Shown here piece by piece: positions 1-8,882 of a stretch of 64,000 nt of DNA (its first letter is position 1; each line of letters begins with the position of its first letter). The stretch comes from Methanocaldococcus indicus (GTDB taxonomy: Archaea; AGJL01; Methanococci; Methanococcales; Methanocaldococcaceae): contig NZ_CP186926.1 of assembly GCF_049554935.1 (NCBI RefSeq), positions 544,001 to 608,000 of the forward strand, written 5' to 3'. Position numbers and translations under genes: made by a program. The notes below the pieces were generated by a model. The model ran no database searches, was not told the origin of the DNA, and was given only the letters and a program-made list of their open reading frames with translations.

Positions 1-679
1 TTCCCAACTTCATAATAACATTTAAATCCATCTCTGAATAGCCTTTTTCATTTAAAGCTTTAATAAATATTTCTCTTGTTCCAGAACCTTCCTCTCTATC
101 TATAAAGTCCTCTTTTAAAATATCTTCAATAGTTGCATATCCTTTTTTAGCTAATTCATGGTTAGGAGGAACTATCAACACTAACCTATCCTTCCCAATT
201 ACTGTATATTCATAACTATCATCTAATAGATAACCAACAGCAGCTATATCAGCAAGACCTTCATTTAAAGCTTTAAAACATTTTTTAGAATCTTCAATAG
301 TTATCTCAAATTTTACATTAGGATATTTTTCAATATACTCCTTTATTAATGATGGTAAAATATGTTCTCCTGGTGTTGTTGAAGCATAAACTCTTATAAC
401 TCCTTCTGGATTTGAATACATTGATTTCATTAACATTTTAGCTTCATTTAACAATTCCAAAATTTTTTTACTTCTTTCATATAATATCTCTCCCTCTGGT
501 GTAAGCTCAACTCCTTCTGGAGTTCTTAAAAATAATTGAACATCAAAATATTTCTCTAAAGCAGATATATGATTACTTACAGTCCCTTGAGTAATGTTTA
601 GCTGTTTAGCAGCTTTTGAGAAACTTTTTGTTTCACTTGCTACGATAAATGTTTTAAAATAGCTAATCTTAGGGTCCAT
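1..679 (-). CDS. LysR-family transcriptional regulator (runs off the window start; not in the ORF track)
   Basis: Reverse strand from the ATG at 679 reads MDPKISYFKTFIVASETKSFSKAAKQLNITQGTVSNHISALEKYFDVQLFLRTPEGVELTPEG, a classic LysR HTH. It continues through ASTTPGEHILP and FIDREEGSGTR, resembling the methanococcal selenium-associated LysR (HrsM-like). RBS GGTGAG upstream. Confidence 0.9.
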   Translation of the reverse strand, partial: MDPKISYFKTFIVASETKSFSKAAKQLNITQGTVSNHISALEKYFDVQLFLRTPEGVELTPEGEILYERSKKILELLNEAKMLMKSMYSNPEGVIRVYASTTPGEHILPSLIKEYIEKYPNVKFEITIEDSKKCFKALNEGLADIAAVGYLLDDSYEYTVIGKDRLVLIVPPNHELAKKGYATIEDILKEDFIDREEGSGTREIFIKALNEKGYSEMDLNVIMKLG

Positions 680-904
680 AATTTCTCACCAAGAAAATTA
701 ATAACTATTAGGAAATTTAATAGAGCTTATATATAAAATTAATTGTCACATTTGTTATCCTATTTTAAAATTATGACGATTTTAGTATTCCTTCATCAAT
801 AAGGATTACAAAAATCAAACCGATATTATAATATACCAATCAACTTAAGAATATATTAACGTAAATTTTAAAAAAGAAAAAAATTGTAATTAAAAGGTGA
901 AAAT

Positions 905-2143
905 ATGAAAGCAGATGCAATAAAAATAGCTGACAGAGTATATTGGGTTGGAGTTTTAGATTGGGATATAAGAAAGTACCATGGATATACATTAAAAGGA
1001 ACTACCTACAACGCATACTTAGTATTTGGAGATGACAAAGTTGCTATTATTGACAATACATATCCAGGAACATCTGCACAAATGTGGGGAAGAATAAAAG
1101 ATGCATTTGAAAAAGAAGGTAGAGATTTAAAAATTGATGTTATAGTACAAAACCATGTTGAAAAAGACCACTCAGGAGCTTTACCAGAGTTACACAAAAA
1201 ATTCCCAGATGCTCCAATATACTGTACAGAAGTAGCTGTTGAAGGTTTGAAAAAGCACTATCCATCATTAGCAAATGCACCATTTAAAGTAGTTAAAAGC
1301 TTAGATAGTGTAGATTTAGGAGGAGCTACATTAACATTCTTAGAAGCTCCATTATTACACTGGCCAGATTCAATGTTCACCTTCTATGCAGAAGAAGGAA
1401 TTTTATTCTCAAATGATGCATTTGGACAACACTTATGTTTCCCAGCTCACATGAGATTTGATAAAGATATTCCAGAATATGTCTTAATGGATGCTAATAA
1501 AAAGTTCTATGCAAACTTAATAACTCCATTATCCAAATTAGTATTAAAGAAATTTGAAGAAGTTACTAACTTAGGATTATTAGAAAAAATAAAAATGATA
1601 GCTCCATCACATGGACAAATCTGGACAGACCCAATGAAAGTTATTAAAGCATATCAAGACTTTGCTACTGGAAAAGCTGCTAAGGATAAAGCAGTTATCA
1701 TCTATGACACAATGCACTACTCAACACAAAAAATGGCACATGCTTATGCAGAAGGTTTAATGAGTGAAGGAATAGAAGTAGTAATGTACTTCTTACACTA
1801 TGATGAAAGAAGTGAAATAGTTAAAGATATATTAGATGCAAAAGCTGTCTTATTTGGAACACCAACAATCTATGATGAACCATATCCATCATTAGGAGAT
1901 ATTATCTACTATTTAAGAGGATTGAAATTTAACAGAACAGGATTCAAGAGATTAGCATTAGTCTTTGGTTCAATGGGAGGTAATGGAGGAGGAGTTGATA
2001 TATTAGCAGAAGAAGTTGCAAAATGTGGATTTGAAGTAGTTGATAAAAATGAGTTATACTATGTCCCAACAGAAGATGAATTAACAAACTGCTACATGCA
2101 AGGTAAAGAATTAGGTAAAAAAATTAAAGAAATGAAAATCTAA
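905..2143 (+). CDS. fprA: Flavodiiron protein / F420H2 oxidase
   Basis: Metallo-beta-lactamase di-iron motifs [19 protein letters not shown] and PSHG, plus a C-terminal flavodoxin domain (YDTMHYST). RBS AGGTGA. Confidence 0.92.
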   Translation: MKADAIKIADRVYWVGVLDWDIRKYHGYTLKGTTYNAYLVFGDDKVAIIDNTYPGTSAQMWGRIKDAFEKEGRDLKIDVIVQNHVEKDHSGALPELHKKFPDAPIYCTEVAVEGLKKHYPSLANAPFKVVKSLDSVDLGGATLTFLEAPLLHWPDSMFTFYAEEGILFSNDAFGQHLCFPAHMRFDKDIPEYVLMDANKKFYANLITPLSKLVLKKFEEVTNLGLLEKIKMIAPSHGQIWTDPMKVIKAYQDFATGKAAKDKAVIIYDTMHYSTQKMAHAYAEGLMSEGIEVVMYFLHYDERSEIVKDILDAKAVLFGTPTIYDEPYPSLGDIIYYLRGLKFNRTGFKRLALVFGSMGGNGGGVDILAEEVAKCGFEVVDKNELYYVPTEDELTNCYMQGKELGKKIKEMKI

Positions 2144-2385
2144 ATTATTTTAATTTTCAAGAAAATTATTCATAAATTTTTTTAACTATCTATTTTTTTA
2201 TCTATTTTTATTTCTAATAAAATTAAAATTCAGTATTATTATATCTTATTTTTACTGTCCATTACTTATTACAAATTATACAATACAGTATTAACACTTA
2301 TTAAGATTTATAAAGTTTAGTATTATTTATTATATCATTCTCATACTTAAACTCAATAAATAGTTTTATATACTATATTTATAAT

Positions 2386-2407
2386 TATAGGTAATAGCTT
2401 TCCTATA
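2386..2407. promoter_or_regulatory. Putative NrpR operator 1
   Basis: TATA-GGTA-ATAGCT-TTCC-TATA: one mismatch to the GGAA-N6-TTCC nitrogen operator of Methanococcales, with palindromic TATA flanks. Lies just downstream of a TATA-box-like TTTTATATA (2364-2372). Confidence 0.65.
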
Positions 2408-2482
2408 TCCTTATGTTATATGTTTTAAATTTTTACAAAATTGTAGGAAATGGGTATCCTATAACATAGGAAATAGGAAGGT
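2397..2482 (+). repeat. Long imperfect inverted repeat in the narK leader
   Basis: gctttcctat-a-tcc-t-tatgttata (2397-2420) pairs with tataacata-gga-a-ataggaaggt (2460-2482). The 3' arm overlaps the RBS. Confidence 0.7.
2444..2461. promoter_or_regulatory. Putative NrpR operator 2
   Basis: TA-GGAA-ATGGGT-ATCC-TA: one mismatch to GGAA-N6-TTCC, 56 bp downstream of operator 1 and upstream of the nitrate transporter. Confidence 0.65.
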
Positions 2483-2488
2483 GGTAAT

Positions 2489-3949
2489 ATGAATTTAAAA
2501 AATCAAAAAAAAGAAAAAGAAAAAAAAGTTAAAAAAGTAGATATAATTAAGGCTTTAAAAAGTGGAGATATAAAAACACTAATAGCTTCTTTATTATACT
2601 TTGATACAGGATTTATGGTGTGGTTGCTATTTGGACCAGCTTTGGGGTTATTCATAGCTCAAGAGCTTGGATTATCTCCAGCTGAAAAAGGGTTTATGGT
2701 TGCTGTTCCTATCTTAGCAGCTGCTTTATTTAGAATTCCATTTGGGTATATGTATCAAGCAATTGATGGAAAATATATAGCCCTAGCAGGAATTTTGTTA
2801 TCTGCTTTACCAATTTTATATGTTAATTTATTCCCAATTGACTATACCACACTACTTGTATTAGGTGCTTTTTTAGGAATTGGTGGAGCAAGTTTTGCAA
2901 TTGCTTTACCTATGGCTGGAAGTAATTATCCAAAACAGTATCAAGGTTTAGTTTTAGGACTTGCAGCTGCTGGTAATTTAGGAGCAATGATGGATGGTAT
3001 GGTTTTTCCACCATTAGCAGAGATGTATGGATGGAGAAAAGCAGCTTTAGTTGCATTATTGTTTTTAGCTATTTCATTTATTCTATGTTGGAAATGGATT
3101 AAAGACAGTTCTCCAAAAAAACCAGAATTAAAAATAAAATCAATTTTAAACTTTGTAATAACTTTTGTATCATTTATTGTTGTTACATTACTGTTGTATA
3201 GTGGTGTAATTGGTATAAGTGGAAAGTTTGGACTCTTACTCCTTCCAATAATAGTTTGGATTATTTCAATAGCACTATTGTCCTCAGATTATAGAAATGC
3301 ACTTAAAAAGAAAGACCCTTGGGTATTTATGCTATTCTATGCCCTAACATTTGGAGGATTCGTAGGGATGTCTGGTTCAGTTGCATTTATAATAAATAGT
3401 CAGTATGGTTTTGACCCTGTATTAGCAGGATTAACTATGGCATTACTTTCATTTACAGGTGCATTAATTAGACCTATTGGTGGATGGATTTCAGATATAA
3501 TAGGAGGAGTTAGAGTTTTATTAGCAGTATTTTTAACAATAGCATTTTGTGATTTAGTTTTAGGAATATTTATTCCTCCTGCAATTATTGGAATACCATT
3601 ATTATGGTTATTATTTGCAGCATTTGGTTTAGGTAATGGAGCAGTATTCCAATTAGTTCCACTAAGATGGCCAAGAGCAACAGGTATGGCAACAGGATTA
3701 ATTGGAGCTGCAGGAGGAATAGGAGGATTTTACTTATCTTCAACTATGGGATTAGCTAAAGAATTAACAGGTAGTTATGGGCCAGGATATATAATCTTTG
3801 GAATATTAGCATTATTAGCATTTGGAATACTCTATTTACTTAGAAATGAATATATGGAGTGGGGATTTGTTAAACATCATGAAGAAGAAATTTTTGAGTC
3901 TAATAAGTTAGATACAAATGTAGTTTTACAATATCAATCTAAAAGATAA
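2489..3949 (+). CDS. narK: NarK/NasA-family nitrate/nitrite MFS transporter
   Basis: Multi-TM MFS protein with nitrate-signature motifs GIGGASFAIALP, GLVLGLAAAGNLG, GLGNGAVFQLVP and GLIGAAGGIGGF. Conserved Arg residues in ALFRIPFG and ALIRPIGG. Confidence 0.9.
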   Translation: MNLKNQKKEKEKKVKKVDIIKALKSGDIKTLIASLLYFDTGFMVWLLFGPALGLFIAQELGLSPAEKGFMVAVPILAAALFRIPFGYMYQAIDGKYIALAGILLSALPILYVNLFPIDYTTLLVLGAFLGIGGASFAIALPMAGSNYPKQYQGLVLGLAAAGNLGAMMDGMVFPPLAEMYGWRKAALVALLFLAISFILCWKWIKDSSPKKPELKIKSILNFVITFVSFIVVTLLLYSGVIGISGKFGLLLLPIIVWIISIALLSSDYRNALKKKDPWVFMLFYALTFGGFVGMSGSVAFIINSQYGFDPVLAGLTMALLSFTGALIRPIGGWISDIIGGVRVLLAVFLTIAFCDLVLGIFIPPAIIGIPLLWLLFAAFGLGNGAVFQLVPLRWPRATGMATGLIGAAGGIGGFYLSSTMGLAKELTGSYGPGYIIFGILALLAFGILYLLRNEYMEWGFVKHHEEEIFESNKLDTNVVLQYQSKR

Positions 3950-4037
3950 CTCTAAATTCATATAACTCATTTTTCATAATATCTTTTTTATTTAAATTAT
4001 TATTTTGAGAAGAATAAATTTTTAAGGTGATGTTTTT

Positions 4038-6041
4038 ATGATAAAAACACAATGTCCTTACTGTGGATGTGGCTGTGGATTAATTATTGAGAAAAAAAAT
4101 GGAGAAATAAAAATTAAAGGAAATAGAGAACATCCTGCAAGTAAAGGTAGTATATGTATAAAAGCTGTTAAATTACCTAAAACCTTAGATAAGAATAGAT
4201 TAGATAAGGTATTATATAGAGAGTCAAAAAATGAAGATTTTAGAGAAATTAGTTGGGATTCAGCTTATGAAATATTAAAAGAAAAACTAACTAATCTATC
4301 TCCTAATGAAATCTATTTTTATATCTCTGGCCAGTTATTGACAGAAGAAATGTATGTTATAAACAAGTTTGTAAAAGGATTCTTAAAAACTAACAATATT
4401 GATTCTAATTCAAGATTGTGTGTTGCAAGTGCAGTAACAGCATACAAAATGGCTTTTGGTTCTGATGGACTACCAGGATGTAATGATGACATAGATGATG
4501 CAGATTGTTTTATCTTTGTTGGTTCTAATGCTGCTATTGCTCATCCAGGAATTTTTAGAAGAATTATAAAAAAGAAAGATAAAGAAATTGTTGTTATTGA
4601 TTTTAGATATACTGAAACGGCCAAATATGCTGACAAATGGATTCCAATAAAAGCAGGAACAGATGTAGCTCTTTTTAATTCAATACTCTATATTCTATAT
4701 AAAGAGAACAAAATATACTGGAATTTTATAAAAAAATATACTGATGGATTTGACAAAGTTTTGGAAGTCATAAAAAATTATCCACCTGAAAAAGTTGCCA
4801 AGTTGTGTGAAATTTCTGAGGAAGACATATACTATTTAGCTAATCTTTATGCAAATAAAAAGAAAGTTCTTACTTTTTGGAGTATGGGTATTAATCAATC
4901 TACAAATGGAACAATGAAAGCTCTTTCAATAATCAATGTGCATCTTGCAACAGGAAGATTAAATGATAGAGGTTGTCCTTTTTCTCTAACTGGACAATCT
5001 AATGCAATGGGAGGTAGGGAAGTAGGATATCTATCTAATGGACTACCAGGTTTTAGAGATGTTAGGAACAAAGAGGATAGAGAATTTGTAGAAAAATTTT
5101 GGGGTATTGAAGCTGGCTCAATCAAAGATAAACCTGGATTATCAATAACAGAAGCAGTAGATAAAATTTTAGATGGAGAAATAAAATTTATTTGGATTGT
5201 TTGCACAAATCCAGCAGTTTCTATGGCTAATTTAAATAAATTTATAAAGGCCTTAAAAAAAGAGGATGTATTTGTTGTAGTTCAGGATGCATACTTTACA
5301 GATACTGTTAAGTTGGCCAATCTTGCTCTTCCAGCTGCTCAATGGGGAGAAAAAGATGGTGTTATGACAGGAGGAGATAGAGTAGTTACATACTGCCAAA
5401 AATTTAGAGAAACAAAATATAAGCCTGATTGGAAAATTTTTGCTGAATTAGCTAAAAAAATGGGATTTGAAAAATACTTTAACTATAAATCTGCAAGAGA
5501 CATTTTTGAAGAATTCAAAAAACTTACAAAAGGTAGAATGTGTGACATATCTAATTTTAGTTATGAAGATTTACCTAAAAGATGGGGAAATAAACACCTA
5601 TATAAAGATTTAAAGTTTAAAACAGAAAATAAAAAAGCCAAATTTATACCAACTGAATTTAAAGAGCCAGAAGACTGGAATAAAGAAGGATTTATAATCT
5701 CAACAGGTAGGTTAAAAAAGCATTGGCACACTATGACAAGGACTATCCATATTAAAGAATTTTTAGATGAAATAGAGCCAATAGTTGAAATAAATAAAAA
5801 AGATGCCAAAGAATTAGGACTAAATGAAGGAGATATAGTTAAATTGGTGTCTGAAAGAGGAGAAATAATAAGAAAAGTGAAATTTGCAAATATAAAACCG
5901 AAACATTTATTTACCCCATTTGGATATAATAGGAACGTAACAAAGTATCAAACAAACCAGATAACAACTGATAAGTCAGACCCATATTCAAAAGAACCAG
6001 AGTTGAAATTTAGTAAGGTGAAAATATGGAATGGAAATTAA
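4038..6041 (+). CDS. narB: Assimilatory nitrate reductase catalytic subunit (NarB/NasA type, Mo/W-bisPGD)
   Basis: N-terminal CPYCGCGC...GSIC [4Fe-4S] motif and no Tat signal. FYISGQLLTEE, Mo-ligand NSRLCVASA and SLTGQSNAMGGREVG are signatures of NasA/NarB. Lies next to narK. Confidence 0.88.
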   Translation: MIKTQCPYCGCGCGLIIEKKNGEIKIKGNREHPASKGSICIKAVKLPKTLDKNRLDKVLYRESKNEDFREISWDSAYEILKEKLTNLSPNEIYFYISGQLLTEEMYVINKFVKGFLKTNNIDSNSRLCVASAVTAYKMAFGSDGLPGCNDDIDDADCFIFVGSNAAIAHPGIFRRIIKKKDKEIVVIDFRYTETAKYADKWIPIKAGTDVALFNSILYILYKENKIYWNFIKKYTDGFDKVLEVIKNYPPEKVAKLCEISEEDIYYLANLYANKKKVLTFWSMGINQSTNGTMKALSIINVHLATGRLNDRGCPFSLTGQSNAMGGREVGYLSNGLPGFRDVRNKEDREFVEKFWGIEAGSIKDKPGLSITEAVDKILDGEIKFIWIVCTNPAVSMANLNKFIKALKKEDVFVVVQDAYFTDTVKLANLALPAAQWGEKDGVMTGGDRVVTYCQKFRETKYKPDWKIFAELAKKMGFEKYFNYKSARDIFEEFKKLTKGRMCDISNFSYEDLPKRWGNKHLYKDLKFKTENKKAKFIPTEFKEPEDWNKEGFIISTGRLKKHWHTMTRTIHIKEFLDEIEPIVEINKKDAKELGLNEGDIVKLVSERGEIIRKVKFANIKPKHLFTPFGYNRNVTKYQTNQITTDKSDPYSKEPELKFSKVKIWNGN

Positions 6042-7873
6042 ATGAAATTGTAAATAATGGATTCTGTGCAGCTTGTTCAATATGTTCTGTTGTATGTCCT
6101 AATAATTTAATAGATTTTGATAACAAACCATTTTTAAAAGATGAATGTTTAAGAAAAGGGCATGGAATGTGTTATGAAGTTTGTCCAAGAGTCTCATCTG
6201 GAAAGTATCAAATTAAAATTAGAGAAGGATTTAAAGAGGAGTATTATTATGGAAAAGGAGATATAGAAGGACAAGATGGGGGTGTTGTAACTACTTTTTT
6301 AAAATATTTAATTGAAAATAAAAAGATTGATGGAGCTATTATTGTAGCAAGAGATGAGTATTGGAAACCTATTTCAATGATAGTTCAGACAGCTGATGAC
6401 ATAATAAAAGGAGCAAAATCAAAATACACAATATCAACTATGGAAGCTTTAAGAAAAGCAGGGGAGTTAGGTTTAAAAAAGGTTGCAGTTGTTGGATTAC
6501 CTTGCCAAGTTAATGCATTAAGAAAAATTAAATATTTCCCATATCTCTCCAAGCATGATTTTGAATTGGGAAGAGATGGTAAGCCCACAAAATTACCAAA
6601 AATTGAGTATTTAATTGGATTATTCTGTATGGAGAAGTTTGAATACAACAACTTTAAAGAAGTTTTAGAAAAACATAATATAAATATAAAAGATGTTAAG
6701 AAGTTTGACATTAAAAAAGGAAAGTTGTTAGTCTATTTAGATAATGAAGTTAAAGAGATTAAATTAAGTGAATTTAAAGTATTAGATGGATGTAAAGTTT
6801 GTAGAGACTTTACAGCTGAGTTGGCAGATATTTCAGTAGGTTCTGTTGGTTCTCCTGATGGATATTCAACTATCATTATAAGAACTGAGAAAGGAGAAGA
6901 AATTAAAAAGGCTATTGAATTAAAAGAAGGAGTTGATATTGAAAAAATAGAAAAATTAAAAGAGAAAAAACTAAAAAGATTTAAAGAAGAAATAAATAGA
7001 AGAAAAGAAAATAATGAATTCATCTCATACTATTGGGCTACTGATTATGGAGGAGTTAAAAAAAGAGGAGATGGAAAATTCTTTATAAGAGTTAGAGCTA
7101 AGCCAGCAGGATTTTATACAATTGATGAAATAGAAGGAATTTTAAAAGTAGCCAAAAAATACAATGCTGAAATAAAAACAACTGATAGAGGTGGATTTGA
7201 GCTTCATAAAGTAGATGGTTATTATATTGATGATATTATAAAAGAATTAAAAGAACTAAACATAACAACTGGCTCTGAAGGTCCATTGGTTAGAGCTGTC
7301 TTAGCATGTCCAGGATATTTAAATTGTGGAAATGGTTTAATTGAAACTAAAAAAATAGCTGAAATTATAGAAGAAAAATTTAAAGAGTATCCATCTGAAA
7401 ATAAATTTAAAATTTCTATAAGTGGATGCCCAAGTATGTGTGTTAGAGCAAATATCCATGATATTGGAATTGTAGGGGTAAAAATTCCAAAAGTAAATGA
7501 TAAATGTGTTGGATGTGGCAGATGTTATGAAACTTGCCCTGTAGAGGCAATTTATATAAGAGGAGAAACTTCATACACTAACTATAACATCTGTGTTGGA
7601 TGTGGAAAATGTATTAAAAACTGTCCAAATGAAGGTAGAGAGGCAAAATTTGAAGGATTTAGAATATATATTGGTGGAAAATCCGGAAGAACAGTTTATG
7701 AAGGATTCAGTTATTTAATTGAGAGAGATGTAGATAAAGTTTTAAAAATTATTGAAAATACACTAAAAACATATAAGAAATATACAGATAAAGTCCAAAG
7801 AGAAAGATTAGCTCATGTCATTAGAAAAGTAGGAGTAGAAAACTTCTTAAAAGAAGTTTTTGATAATATTTAA
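6026..7873 (+). CDS. fsr: F420-dependent sulfite/nitrite reductase (Fsr-like fusion: FrhB/FqoF F420H2-oxidising domain plus siroheme reductase domain)
   Basis: N-terminal ferredoxin motif CAACSICSVVCP. FrhB-type motifs GQDGGVVT, VGLPCQ, IGLFC and GCKVCRDFTAELADISVGSVGS. C-terminal siroheme/[4Fe-4S] motifs ACPGYLNC and KFKISISGCPSMC with an inserted 2x[4Fe-4S] domain. Confidence 0.9.
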   Translation: MEWKLNEIVNNGFCAACSICSVVCPNNLIDFDNKPFLKDECLRKGHGMCYEVCPRVSSGKYQIKIREGFKEEYYYGKGDIEGQDGGVVTTFLKYLIENKKIDGAIIVARDEYWKPISMIVQTADDIIKGAKSKYTISTMEALRKAGELGLKKVAVVGLPCQVNALRKIKYFPYLSKHDFELGRDGKPTKLPKIEYLIGLFCMEKFEYNNFKEVLEKHNINIKDVKKFDIKKGKLLVYLDNEVKEIKLSEFKVLDGCKVCRDFTAELADISVGSVGSPDGYSTIIIRTEKGEEIKKAIELKEGVDIEKIEKLKEKKLKRFKEEINRRKENNEFISYYWATDYGGVKKRGDGKFFIRVRAKPAGFYTIDEIEGILKVAKKYNAEIKTTDRGGFELHKVDGYYIDDIIKELKELNITTGSEGPLVRAVLACPGYLNCGNGLIETKKIAEIIEEKFKEYPSENKFKISISGCPSMCVRANIHDIGIVGVKIPKVNDKCVGCGRCYETCPVEAIYIRGETSYTNYNICVGCGKCIKNCPNEGREAKFEGFRIYIGGKSGRTVYEGFSYLIERDVDKVLKIIENTLKTYKKYTDKVQRERLAHVIRKVGVENFLKEVFDNI

Positions 7874-7886
7874 AAATAAATTTTTT

Positions 7887-8747
7887 TTATTGAATTTTAA
7901 TTCCTCTCTTTGTTCTTATTTCTTTAAATTTCTCTCTTAATTTTTTTGTTATTTCTCCAACTTTTTTGTTGTTAATTACTCTACCATCTACTTCAAAAAC
8001 TGGAACTATCTCAGCTGCTGTTCCAGTTATAAATAATTCATCAGCTGTATATAAATCATGTAGTGTTAAAGGAACTTCTCTAACTTCTATACCTTCCTCC
8101 TTAGCCAATTCAATAACAACATCTCTTGTAATTCCTTTTAAAATACTTTGATATTCTGGAGGTGTCTTTAAAACTCCATTTTTAACAACAAATATATTAT
8201 CTCCTGTTCCTTCAACAACAAAACCTTTATCATCCAATAAAAAAGCTTCATCTACATTTGCATAGTTTGCCTGAATCTTAGCTAATATACTATTTAAATA
8301 ATTCAAAGATTTAACAGCTGGATTTAAAACATCTACTGGCAATCTTCTAACAGAAACAGTTATAGCTCTAATTCCATCCTCCCCCAACAATGGCTCCATT
8401 GGAACAGCTATACAGAAGATAGTTGGTTCTTTACATTTTCTTGGGTCTAATCCTAAATCACCTACACCTCTTGTTACTACTAACCTAATATAAGCATCTT
8501 TTAAATTGTTCTCTTTTAGAGTGTTTATAACAACATCAATCATCTCCTCTTTTGTTAGAGGTATATCTAAGCAAATAGATTTTGCAGAATCATACAACCT
8601 ATCTATATGCTCCTTCAACATAAAAACTACTCCATCATAAGCCCTAATTCCTTCAAATACCCCATCCCCATATAGAAGTCCATGGTCAAAAACAGATATT
8701 TTAGCTTCTTCCTTACTAACAAATTTTCCATTTAAATAAATTTTCAA
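7887..8747 (-). CDS. ilvE: Branched-chain amino acid aminotransferase
   Basis: [37 protein letters not shown] and TGTAAEI. TTG start after GAGGTGA. Confidence 0.95.
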   Translation of the reverse strand: MKIYLNGKFVSKEEAKISVFDHGLLYGDGVFEGIRAYDGVVFMLKEHIDRLYDSAKSICLDIPLTKEEMIDVVINTLKENNLKDAYIRLVVTRGVGDLGLDPRKCKEPTIFCIAVPMEPLLGEDGIRAITVSVRRLPVDVLNPAVKSLNYLNSILAKIQANYANVDEAFLLDDKGFVVEGTGDNIFVVKNGVLKTPPEYQSILKGITRDVVIELAKEEGIEVREVPLTLHDLYTADELFITGTAAEIVPVFEVDGRVINNKKVGEITKKLREKFKEIRTKRGIKIQ

Positions 8748-8882
8748 AATTATCACCTCAAATAATTAAATTTGAAAATTATAAATTTAAGAATTACTAT
8801 TTTAAAAAGTTGAAAGTTAAATATAAAATTAATTGTTTTATTGAATTTATAATAATTTATTTAATTATGATGAGGTGAAAAT

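Noticed and set aside
4038-6041. Reading the molybdopterin enzyme as a formate dehydrogenase alpha subunit, which is common in methanogens
   Set aside because: The active-site segment is SRLCVASA, without the Cys/Sec-His pair of FDH. The GQSNAMGGRE motif and the adjacent narK fit a nitrate reductase.
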